A program made the translations under genes and the position numbers. Below the pieces are notes generated by a model. That model was not told the origin of the DNA. It did not search any database and was given only the letters and a program-made list of their open reading frames with translations. From the IMG/VR virus record IMGVR_UViG_3300043036_000358, positions 8,975-72,974 of that record: a stretch of DNA of 64,000 nucleotides; one strand, given 5' to 3'. How positions within the stretch are numbered: the stretch's first letter is position 1; each line of letters opens with the position of its first letter. Origin of the DNA: a virus. Taxonomy: Duplodnaviria; Caudoviricetes. Positions 27,901 through 35,656 of the stretch are shown one piece after another.

Positions 27901-28428
27901 TAAACCAGTTGTTTGATTTATTACAAATGGTCTAAGTGTGTTCCAAGTACCACTAGGGCTAGTACCAGCGGCACTAAAAAGAATATAGTAATCGGTACCA
28001 TCTTTTCTATGAATTACTGTTGAGTCATTATTGACACTATTTTTAAGTAATAACTGGTTTCCACCAGCTGTAAAGTTTGTGACACCACTATAAGTCCAAG
28101 TACCATATGCGGATATATTTGAAGCTACCCCGCTAACCTCCGAACCAATAGTTATATTTGTTGTTGAGCCTGTCTGTCCACCAGTACCCAATTTGATGGT
28201 CTTGGTTGTGGCATTAGCAGTTAGACCAGTGCCCAGGTTTAGGGTTTGTGCCGCTGTGGACTGACCAATCGTAATAGGGGCTGTGCTAGTAGTGGTGCCA
28301 ACAGTAAGTGCACCATCGACTTTTAAGTCACCAGGAATATTTAGTGAATCACCATCTTGATAAGCAAGCTTGCCTAAGTATTGATTTAGCGGAACTTGGT
28401 TGGGTAGTGTTCCAAATAATTGTGGCAT
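24910..28428 (-). CDS. Long tail fibre with C-terminal intramolecular chaperone (peptidase S74)
   Basis: YYTSDRSLKENI...GVIAQEVE.VLPEIV...AYEKLVPLLIEAIKEL; mosaic Thr/Gly-rich shaft. Confidence 0.88.
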   Translation of the reverse strand: MPQLFGTLPNQVPLNQYLGKLAYQDGDSLNIPGDLKVDGALTVGTTTSTAPITIGQSTAAQTLNLGTGLTANATTKTIKLGTGGQTGSTTNITIGSEVSGVASNISAYGTWTYSGVTNFTAGGNQLLLKNSVNNDSTVIHRKDGTDYYILFSAAGTSPSGTWNTLRPFVINQTTGLLSSQNGQSFSGGLTTSSQITSTVVTNTAPFVVASTTRVANLNVATAGNADTVTNGVYTTGAQIIAGSKTFTDTLITNVGGAVASTTASAVFANGNYALRVYPRLGAGSYNSIVQTDDTGLIFSTGTQNAGALVIAPWSSVAGGVGLRMTSDGNTTISGNLTSTGILKASQILQGTNVYVRDYASGFSTTVVGSTLYELGRLTFTGVSQNVAIVGEIRGGSGASVGVNRFILNIRTDTPVSSKSFTFFEEEITNLGRVINVRVYHDTASGLVVIGYTTNASLQNIGWSLRVQERGDYNYLQQTVALTALNTAGLTEVTTTSTVRTISSTLEVPNGITADLTGNATNVTGVVALANGGSGAATAQLGMNAFAGAVTSGSYLRGNGTNVVMSAIQAADIPSLDANKITSGTIDAARLPSYVDDVLEYANLAAFPATGETGKIYIDLDTNKTYRWGGTVYVSFNSGAVDSVAGKTGIVTLTSSDVGLGSVENKSSATIRGEITSANVTTALGFTPLSNATSYLPIAGGTLTGNLTVPTLYSSGTTYYLAAASALTAQSTTAGSRINDLRFATLWKDMPANSGPILTYTLTSGGTDYVDGSYPNIVLSGGQGVYATFDFTVVGGIVTVATITERGSGFQVGNTLTITALGGTGSGGLITVDTVRTVDISLYGASSRIRLGSNDTSLAAGQELGGIYFNARDAAAGGAGDTTYILGVAVGTTGGGELQFWTAPNAGAPKLAAVIGGTSDFRIYNSAGTFYNSLVSAATANRIITMPDAAGTMAVIGTTDVAGFFNTSATTPTGTTRLNYSGNFYVTNLNTLGTGDTATAATHYFVETASDGFVRPKTLANVKTELVTAAAVATAVTSADIRVDSFGVGTAASGTTGEIRATSNITGYYTSDRSLKENIRNITGALDKVLVLNGVMFDWKQSYIEERGGEDGYFVRKADTGVIAQEVELVLPEIVGTRGSGIKAVAYEKLVPLLIEAIKELKAEVDALRLQVK

Positions 28429-28440
28429 ATATTTTTTCCT

Positions 28441-28665
28441 TTATGCCCAAACTCGTTGTGGCGTTGCGGGTGTTATTTGAAATGGCTCTAAAGCTTCGGC
28501 ATCTTCACCAGCTACCAATCGCACATTAACATGCCAACCTGGAACAGCCTGCTCGTTTTTGTATACCGCGCCAACGGTGTCGATATTCTTATAGTTGGGC
28601 ACGTTTTCTCTATACAACACAACCCTAGCTTGATATTCATCTGCGAAAGATAAGTAATAGTCCAT
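28441..28665 (-). CDS. Small fibre-associated protein
   Basis: P.YKNIDTVG...GWHVNVRL; co-transcribed between fibre genes. Confidence 0.6.
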   Translation of the reverse strand: MDYYLSFADEYQARVVLYRENVPNYKNIDTVGAVYKNEQAVPGWHVNVRLVAGEDAEALEPFQITPATPQRVWA

Positions 28666-28674
28666 TCGGTATCC

Positions 28675-29991
28675 TTAACTTGTTAGGGCTTGTAGTTGAG
28701 TGTTTGTAACACGAGCAGGGTAGTAGGCAATCTTTTTTAACGTACCATTAAAAGCGCCTGCAGCAAACGTAAACTGAGTAACCGTAGGCACAACTCCTAC
28801 AATATCAGTTATTGGTGTTTGATCTGGTACAACGTAAGCAAAATCATTTGTCTTGTAGGCATAAGCATATTTTCTAAAGACGTTTGGCGTGACTGTAAAC
28901 TCAGCAGTATCTACATGATTTGTGTTACCAGATGTAACATAGAAGTCCGCACCAGAGTTAATAACAATACCACATCTCAATGTAATAAGGTTTGAACTAG
29001 TTGCGTCATCAACTCTTAGAATACTATTTGTTCCAGTTAATGGGAGACCTGCGAGAGTAAATTCACCATACATTGCCCCTTCAGCTTGGTTATACCAACT
29101 TGAAAAGTTTGTTCCAGTCATAATTGCAACATCTGCGGCGCGAGTAGCCTGTGCAGCCACTGTGGGGATGTAGCTAGTAGGAAAAGTTGCACTGGTAGTT
29201 GCAGTTCCTACCTCTGTTTGTTCGCCCCAAATAATAAAAGTCTGGGCTGTTCCGGCGCTGTCTGGGCGTGCAAATAATCTAACGCTGGTTGTATCTGCGG
29301 CAAAAGCAAACCAGTACCTATACCAGCCATTACCAACTGCTTGAGATCCAGAACCAAGAAGAGTTCCACTTGTTGCTGTAATTGCACCAGTTGTGGGATT
29401 AACAACTATATGACGACCAGCACCGGTATCATCACGAAGCATAATCGAGGTTGCTGTTCCGGCCTTAATGAACACAGAGTGACAATAATTTGTTGCGACG
29501 GTTGCGTTTACGGTTTGGTATATACCAAGACCACTATCAGCAGTAACTGTATCTGCTGATACTGTGCCATCTGGAGCAACTGTTGTGTTGCTTGTGACTG
29601 TTACACCCGCACTTTTTGTCCAGGCTACGTTATCAAACTGTGCAGAGTAAGTCAGCAAGTTTGTTCGCTGTTCTTCAATCAACAATCCTAGTGATTCGTC
29701 TGTAGCTGGGTTGTGATCAAATCGCGGCACACCAGATGCGGCTGTTTGCATAACGCCCAATTGGTTATAGTAAGTTGCCACACTAGCGCGGGTAAAAGTA
29801 ATGCGAGGATCAAGTTGTCTAGTATTAGCAAAATCAAGCAGCAGCGTTGGCTTGCTTGCTGGATAGTTGCTAAAACTCATTAACTGTGTGAGATCTGTGT
29901 TTAAGTTAATAAAGTTATTGTCTAGCTCTGTATTAGTAAGGGGACGTGCAACGGATGTATCCCCTGTTTGGCGAGTAACTATGGTTGCCAT
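28675..29991 (-). CDS. Fibre/spike protein with lectin-like beta-sandwich
   Basis: LLLDFA..LDPRITFTRAS, GLLIEEQRTNLL, PTSYIPT..AQATRAAD motifs; N-terminal RPLTN.ELD.NF anchor. Confidence 0.72.
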   Translation of the reverse strand: MATIVTRQTGDTSVARPLTNTELDNNFINLNTDLTQLMSFSNYPASKPTLLLDFANTRQLDPRITFTRASVATYYNQLGVMQTAASGVPRFDHNPATDESLGLLIEEQRTNLLTYSAQFDNVAWTKSAGVTVTSNTTVAPDGTVSADTVTADSGLGIYQTVNATVATNYCHSVFIKAGTATSIMLRDDTGAGRHIVVNPTTGAITATSGTLLGSGSQAVGNGWYRYWFAFAADTTSVRLFARPDSAGTAQTFIIWGEQTEVGTATTSATFPTSYIPTVAAQATRAADVAIMTGTNFSSWYNQAEGAMYGEFTLAGLPLTGTNSILRVDDATSSNLITLRCGIVINSGADFYVTSGNTNHVDTAEFTVTPNVFRKYAYAYKTNDFAYVVPDQTPITDIVGVVPTVTQFTFAAGAFNGTLKKIAYYPARVTNTQLQALTS

Positions 29992-30015
29992 GAGTATCCC
30001 TTAAACTATTAAAAA

Positions 30016-30480
30016 TTAAGCTATTGTTACTTTCCAAGTAATTACTAGCGTATCTAGTGCTTCTTTGTTAATAACTGGAAACACTGTGCGGCATAGCATT
30101 GTACCGCTTGTAAGAGCATTGAAAATACCTGCTTCGCTAATAGCGGCAGTTGCAGCTGGTACGTTAGGACCAAAAGTGGCAACATACTGAATTGAGTCGC
30201 CAGCTAACGTTGTGGTTACAATTGTAGTTGAGTCTAGCACAACTCGCGCACCAAGTGGTGTAGTTAGCGCAGTTTGAGCTGTTGCTGCTGCTGTAGCACC
30301 ACCACTACCAACACCCATGTGTGTCATTACAGTAGCAGTGGCATCCTTCATACGGCTAGCAATATACGCTAAGCCAGCGGTTACTACTAAGTTGGTCTCA
30401 TCTTGTTGTTTGATGTTACCGTTTTGATCCGTTAGTACCAGTGTTAAGGTACCTTTGGCTTTAATTGAATCATTTACCAT
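30016..30480 (-). CDS. Putative virion structural protein (tail collar/baseplate-like)
   Basis: NLVV..G..YIASRM, AISEAGIFN..T.GTMLCRTVF.VINK...DTL.ITW. Confidence 0.65.
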   Translation of the reverse strand: MVNDSIKAKGTLTLVLTDQNGNIKQQDETNLVVTAGLAYIASRMKDATATVMTHMGVGSGGATAAATAQTALTTPLGARVVLDSTTIVTTTLAGDSIQYVATFGPNVPAATAAISEAGIFNALTSGTMLCRTVFPVINKEALDTLVITWKVTIA

Positions 30481-30490
30481 GATATATCCT

Positions 30491-32287
30491 TTAAGAAAAA
30501 TTGGTGTTAGTTCCTACGTACCCAGCAGTTGTATATGTGCTAGCAGTGTAGTTTTGGTTATTAGCGAAACCACTGTCAGTATTAACAAGTGTTTCTTGAA
30601 AAAATCGATTTCCAAACTTAAAAAACGAAATTAAGTCTAGGCTAGACACAGTCTCAGTTCTGGCTTTATTTATTAATAGGGTACGTCTTTCAGTATTACT
30701 GGTGTAGTCAACCACACGTTTACCTACACTGGCTATCTGATCATCGTCTGTGTTGGCTACACCAAAGAAGTCGTCTGTGGCATCTACGCCATCCAAGAAC
30801 GCTCTGTTAAAAGCCGTAGTTCTGGTAAATAAGTCACTAGCATCAGCGGCCTCTGTTATTGGCTTGCCAAACAGCATAGATTCTTGATCTGCTGCAGTCT
30901 TTGCTTCCAGTAAACTTTTGGCAAAACTAATTGTTTTTTGATCTGCTGTAGTTTTTGTTTCTGTAACCGCTTTATTAACCCGCAGCGTTTTTTGATCAGA
31001 AACAATTTGCGGTGTTTCGGTTAGGGGCTTAGTAAACGTCCAGGCTTCTTGATCTGCGACAGTTTTTGCTTCCAGTAAGGGTTTTGTAAAACTCAGAGCT
31101 TTTTGATCTGATGCAGTTTCTGTTTCTGTAACTGCCTTGTTAACCACCAGCGTTTTTTGATCAGAAACAATTCTGGGCGTTTCAGTTACAGCCTTAGTAA
31201 ACGTCCAGGCTTCTTGATCTTGAGCATCGGCAGCTTCAAATAAGCGCCTGCTAGTACGTACGGCTATTCGATCTACTGCAGTTTTTGTTTCTGTAACCGC
31301 TTTACCAACTCGCAGCGTTTTTTGATCAGAAACAACTTGCGGTGTTTCACTTACAGCCTTGGTAAAGGCCCAGCTTTTTTGTTCTGCGGTAGTTTGTGAT
31401 TCTGCTATAGCCCTATTAAAAACAACAACTCTGCTAAATATATCACCAATAGTGCTTACTTCTAGCAGTGCTTTAGTATAAGTTTTATTAAGTAAGTCAA
31501 GGTTATTGATATAGTCAGCCACGCGTTTACCTACGCTGGCTATCTGGTCATCGTCTGTATTAGCCACGCCAAAGAAATCATCTGTGGCGTCTACACTATC
31601 TAAGAACACTCTGTTAAATGCTGCAGTTCTGGTAAATAAGTCACTAGCGTCAGTTGTTTCTGAGACCGCCTTACCAAAACGCAGGGTTTTTTGGTCTGCT
31701 ACAACACTTGCTTCCAGCAATTTCTTGCCAATATTTAATATGTCTTGATCTTGTGCAGTTTTTGCTTCTGCAAGTACTTTACCTAAAGATACTTGTTTGA
31801 TATCAGATGCATCTGCTAGATCCGTTACAGCCTTAGTAAGTTTAATAACTCTGTACGCGTCACTTGCTATTTTTTGTTCTAGTAGTGATTTACTTACACG
31901 TTTTGAGAATCGTTCAGAACTACTTAGTGTTTCTCGTAAGCCCTTACCAGATCGTAGGGTTACCTTATCAGTTGCAGCATAGTATTCTTCCAATCTTTTA
32001 AATAAACCTGGGCTAGGAACGTTTTCCTCACCCATATTTACCACTGTACCAAATACTTTTACAGCATCTACTGCCGTATTTATTGTAGTGCTGCTATTTA
32101 CAGCCGTACTTAAAGTTGTACTAGTTACATCAGTTACTTTTGTGGTATATACGGATGTATTTACCACGGTTTGGCTGCTTACATTAGTAGTTATATTCGT
32201 GGTAGTTACATCTGTTACTTTTGGAGTGTATGTTGGTGTAGTAGCACTAACTATTTGTGCTGTAGTTTGTACTATTTTATCAGACAT
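30491..32287 (-). CDS. Repeat-built structural protein
   Basis: About 20-aa K.(V/L).E.....D...... units, plus a ~48-aa duplicated block. Confidence 0.7.
   Translation of the reverse strand: MSDKIVQTTAQIVSATTPTYTPKVTDVTTTNITTNVSSQTVVNTSVYTTKVTDVTSTTLSTAVNSSTTINTAVDAVKVFGTVVNMGEENVPSPGLFKRLEEYYAATDKVTLRSGKGLRETLSSSERFSKRVSKSLLEQKIASDAYRVIKLTKAVTDLADASDIKQVSLGKVLAEAKTAQDQDILNIGKKLLEASVVADQKTLRFGKAVSETTDASDLFTRTAAFNRVFLDSVDATDDFFGVANTDDDQIASVGKRVADYINNLDLLNKTYTKALLEVSTIGDIFSRVVVFNRAIAESQTTAEQKSWAFTKAVSETPQVVSDQKTLRVGKAVTETKTAVDRIAVRTSRRLFEAADAQDQEAWTFTKAVTETPRIVSDQKTLVVNKAVTETETASDQKALSFTKPLLEAKTVADQEAWTFTKPLTETPQIVSDQKTLRVNKAVTETKTTADQKTISFAKSLLEAKTAADQESMLFGKPITEAADASDLFTRTTAFNRAFLDGVDATDDFFGVANTDDDQIASVGKRVVDYTSNTERRTLLINKARTETVSSLDLISFFKFGNRFFQETLVNTDSGFANNQNYTASTYTTAGYVGTNTNFS
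30720..31660 (-). repeat. Internal duplications in the 598-aa gene
   Basis: ~125 nt blocks at ~30720-30845 and ~31525-31650 (DLFTRT.AFNR.FLD.VDATDDFFGVANTDDDQIASVGKR) and tandem ~39-aa units between them. Confidence 0.85.
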
Positions 32288-32294
32288 AACTACC

Positions 32295-32921
32295 TCATGT
32301 TACAGTTTGGTTTACGTCTACAGTTACATCAGTTGGACTAAATAATATTTCAACCATACCACGCACTGGCTTAAATGTACGCGGAAAATTCATAGAATCT
32401 GTTGGTTCCGTTACTCGCAGCTCAAAAAATCCGTATACCGGAGAGTCTACTTTTGGCTGAACGCTCCAAGTGGCTGCCATAGTGGACGGAAATCGCAGAT
32501 AAATAGTGTTTAGTGTAGTTTCAACCCACAGTGGGTCTACAGTTGGTGCCCCGGTGGTAATACCAGCGCCTTTTGTAAGTTTATAGTATTTGCCTACGTG
32601 TAGCACTACTTCTTCCTTGTTGTACGCTGATCCAGCTCCCCACGTACCTATTAATCGGGGAATTCTAATAACCAGTTTATCTTGTACGCCGCCGACTCGT
32701 ACATCCACAGGTATTTCGGTTTGACCGCTGACGTTAGCTGCTTCAACAACTACCGCTTCGTACACATAGTTCAGATTTGAGGGGGTTTTTATTGACGCGT
32801 CTTCAACGAAGTTAAGTACTATTGGGAATTCTAGTTGCTCACCTTTTACAAAACTCCACAACACAGCTCCACCATCGGCAATAAGATCTAGTGTTGTATT
32901 AGTTAGTCTTGATCTTGCCAT
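32295..32921 (-). CDS. Putative structural protein with a small aromatic carbohydrate-binding-like insert
   Basis: W.AG..Y....VV...GKYYK......T...P....LW segment resembles CBM5/12-type modules. Confidence 0.5.
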   Translation of the reverse strand: MARSRLTNTTLDLIADGGAVLWSFVKGEQLEFPIVLNFVEDASIKTPSNLNYVYEAVVVEAANVSGQTEIPVDVRVGGVQDKLVIRIPRLIGTWGAGSAYNKEEVVLHVGKYYKLTKGAGITTGAPTVDPLWVETTLNTIYLRFPSTMAATWSVQPKVDSPVYGFFELRVTEPTDSMNFPRTFKPVRGMVEILFSPTDVTVDVNQTVT

Positions 32922-33255
32922 ACTTTTCCTTTTGTGTAATGGTTTTTAGTTCACTTATTTCAGCAGTTAGCGCTATTACTTCTACTTGCAGACGCTGATT
33001 TTCAAGTGTTAGGTTCTGTAGTTGCGTACTTAACGCAATAATTTCAGTATGAAGTCTTCCAAGCTCTGTGCTTAGTGCAGTATTCTGCGTGCTCATTCTG
33101 TCGAGTTCATTGTGCATAAGTGTTATTACACTTGTTTCTGCACTTGTACCACGCCAGTCTTTTATGATTTTTTGAGCTCCAACAAAAACGGCTATAACTG
33201 CCAGGGCTATTAAGCCGGCACCTTCTACTAATTGATCTGTTATATTACTTAGCAT
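32899..33255 (-). CDS. N-terminal TM + coiled-coil protein (holin candidate)
   Basis: GAGLIALAVIAVFVGA then long heptad repeat; first gene after a promoter. Confidence 0.6.
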   Translation of the reverse strand: MLSNITDQLVEGAGLIALAVIAVFVGAQKIIKDWRGTSAETSVITLMHNELDRMSTQNTALSTELGRLHTEIIALSTQLQNLTLENQRLQVEVIALTAEISELKTITQKEKYGKIKTN

Positions 33256-33380
33256 GCTTGTGTTCCTGCCTGTTAAAGTTACTAATATGTTGCGCTTGCT
33301 ACGGTTTAGGGTGGTAGTAAGCTTTAAGCGGTTTTAAGTTTGTCAAGTAAAAACTATCATACCTTAAAAGATTTTGTACT

Positions 33381-33409
33381 ATTATAGCATATAGGGTCCA
33401 TCTTGTCAA
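33381..33409 (-). promoter_or_regulatory. Perfect-consensus sigma70 promoter
   Basis: Minus strand TTGACA-17 nt-TATAAT with TG extension. Confidence 0.85.
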
Positions 33410-33412
33410 TGC

Positions 33413-33446
33413 AAAAAAATACCCTGCCCATTTGCATGGACAGGGT
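33413..33446 (-). terminator. Terminator ending the tail-tip transcript
   Basis: Minus strand ACCCTGTCCA / TGGGCAGGGT followed by ATTTTTTT. Confidence 0.8.
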
Positions 33447-33461
33447 AAAGTTTTATTTTTA

Positions 33462-33827
33462 TCACAAAGTAATATTTGAAGCTATGCTAGCTGGAGTAGT
33501 ATTTTGTTGTGACTGACTTTGACGTAAGTCTCTGGCTTCTGCTAAATCAAGGTATAGTGAATACAGGGCCTGGTACACAAGGGACTGTAGAATTACATTT
33601 CCAGTTTTTTCACCTGTTTCAGGATTACGTAGACTAATTAAGTATTCTGGGTCGAACCTAGTACTTAAGATACCAGATTCGGTTTTAAATATTTTATCAC
33701 CAAGTTGTGCTATATTTTCTTCAAAAAACGTTATGTTCTTATTTCCAGCATATTCATTGTTTATAATTACTTGTTTTGCTCGTGTCCAGCTAGTTCCTGA
33801 ACCTGTTTGTTCTTTATAATTTGCCAT
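33462..33827 (-). CDS. Hypothetical protein after adhesin
   Basis: AAGG RBS; intact 121-codon ORF. Confidence 0.65.
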   Translation of the reverse strand: MANYKEQTGSGTSWTRAKQVIINNEYAGNKNITFFEENIAQLGDKIFKTESGILSTRFDPEYLISLRNPETGEKTGNVILQSLVYQALYSLYLDLAEARDLRQSQSQQNTTPASIASNITL

Positions 33828-33841
33828 GTGTTACCTTATTG

Positions 33842-35656
33842 TTATAGCCATATATTATTAAATTCTTGGCTGGTTTTAGTTTCGTGACCACTGCGCTCTA
33901 GCTTAAATTGAATGTCATATTGAGCGTTGGCACTGGTGGTATTAAATACTGTAGTAGCAAAGCTGCTCTTAGAGTCGGCGAGTACGTTTATTGTGGTTGC
34001 TAGGGCTGTCCAAGGGCCCCACGCGGCTCCACCAGCTTCTTTAAATTTATAGTATACTGTAAAATCTCTAAGATACCCTACCGAAGCTATTCTTGTTATT
34101 CTGACTACTACGGTTCTGGCTTGACCAGTTGCATTGGTTCCTTCAATCGAGAATGTTGCTCCGTATACAGGAAATACAAAAGCTTCTCCATTTTTAACAA
34201 TGGTATATGTTTCGTAAGCAGAGTTACTTATAATATACTGCATATCATAAATACCAACTGTACCTTCAGTAGCCAAATACTCAAATGGTTCAATAGCAGC
34301 ACTGCTAGTCTGACCTGCGCCTACTGTTACTGTATAGGGCGCTTGTTGTGAATAATCTGCTTGGGTAATAACTGTAAAAGTTCTGTCAACCGGATAACTG
34401 CTGATACCGGTTATTTGTACTGAAGCATAGCTACCGGTTGCGCTAATTATTTGTGCAGGGCTTTGAATAAGTATACTGTCAAGAAGCCGAATTGGAGTAC
34501 CTGTATTAGGGTCATTTATATACCAAAACAAGAATATGCTTTCCTGCCCCTCTGCGATAGTATCTAGTGCAGCATACACTATGAAATCTACTACGTCCGC
34601 AGTCAATATTAGTTCGCCTGTTAAAGTAGCAGTTGTACCGTCAGTAATTAACCAGTCTGCAGCAACAGCGTTACCTAAAATTGTAGATTGACGCCAAAAG
34701 AAGCTTGCAGCACTACCATAAGGTATATTAGTTGTAGAGCATGTAATTGTAGAAGACTGCCCTTCTCGAATTGTAGTAGGACTAAAACTAATAGTAACGT
34801 CCGGCATTGCTAGTAGTGTTATAGCAGTACTTGTGCCCAATATACTTCCGCTGCTGTTAGTTAGTCTATATCTAACATAGACATTTTTATCTGCAGTTAT
34901 GTCTTTAGTACCGTTCCAGTCTTTACTTCTTACTGTTACAGTAACAATCCCGTTTGCAGGTACTGTTAACGTACCTGTTAAACTAGCAGGCAGTTCTATA
35001 TCTGCGGATGTTAGTGCTGCATCTCCATATACTTCATAATATACTGTTGAACCAACTAGACCAGCTGTGGTTAAAGTAGCTACACTAGTTCTGTAACTAG
35101 TATCTTTATTAGCATACCTATAAATAGTGGTACTACCTAATGTTAATGCTGCCGTATAAGTATCAGTTACTGTAAGTGTAGAGCTTTGACCAACAGACAC
35201 AGTTCTTAAAGAATCACTATAAAAAGTTACATTAAAAGTACCGCTGCCTTCTATAGCAGCGTCTGTTACAGGTCCAAAAGTAAAACTTGGGTAAGACTCG
35301 CTGGTAGAATTATAGCTCACAGAACCGGACACAGCATCAAAATCAGCATCTTGTAGGTTAGAGTAATCTGTTAGCTTCCAGTATATTGTTGGATATACTG
35401 TGGTACTAGCAGATACAGTTACTGTAAAATTATTACCTTCTGCAGTAGTACCAGGTGTAACAACAGAAGTTAGTGGTGTGGTTTTTGTTTTTCCACGCAA
35501 GTTATTCATGCTAATAGTACCAGAACTTGGAACTCCACTAAGCCCGGCGGGCACATAAGACCCGCCGGCGTAGTATTCATCCAAAGCAATCGGACTGCTA
35601 CCACCAAATTCGGTTTGTATATCTGTCATTGATATTGTTCCGGTAGGTGTAGTCAT
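33842..35656 (-). CDS. Putative fibre-tip adhesin with Ig-like domains
   Basis: N-terminal GTISMTDIQTEFGG..PIALDEYY..SGTISMNNLRGK; ATGA overlap with the S74 fibre. Confidence 0.68.
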   Translation of the reverse strand: MTTPTGTISMTDIQTEFGGSSPIALDEYYAGGSYVPAGLSGVPSSGTISMNNLRGKTKTTPLTSVVTPGTTAEGNNFTVTVSASTTVYPTIYWKLTDYSNLQDADFDAVSGSVSYNSTSESYPSFTFGPVTDAAIEGSGTFNVTFYSDSLRTVSVGQSSTLTVTDTYTAALTLGSTTIYRYANKDTSYRTSVATLTTAGLVGSTVYYEVYGDAALTSADIELPASLTGTLTVPANGIVTVTVRSKDWNGTKDITADKNVYVRYRLTNSSGSILGTSTAITLLAMPDVTISFSPTTIREGQSSTITCSTTNIPYGSAASFFWRQSTILGNAVAADWLITDGTTATLTGELILTADVVDFIVYAALDTIAEGQESIFLFWYINDPNTGTPIRLLDSILIQSPAQIISATGSYASVQITGISSYPVDRTFTVITQADYSQQAPYTVTVGAGQTSSAAIEPFEYLATEGTVGIYDMQYIISNSAYETYTIVKNGEAFVFPVYGATFSIEGTNATGQARTVVVRITRIASVGYLRDFTVYYKFKEAGGAAWGPWTALATTINVLADSKSSFATTVFNTTSANAQYDIQFKLERSGHETKTSQEFNNIWL

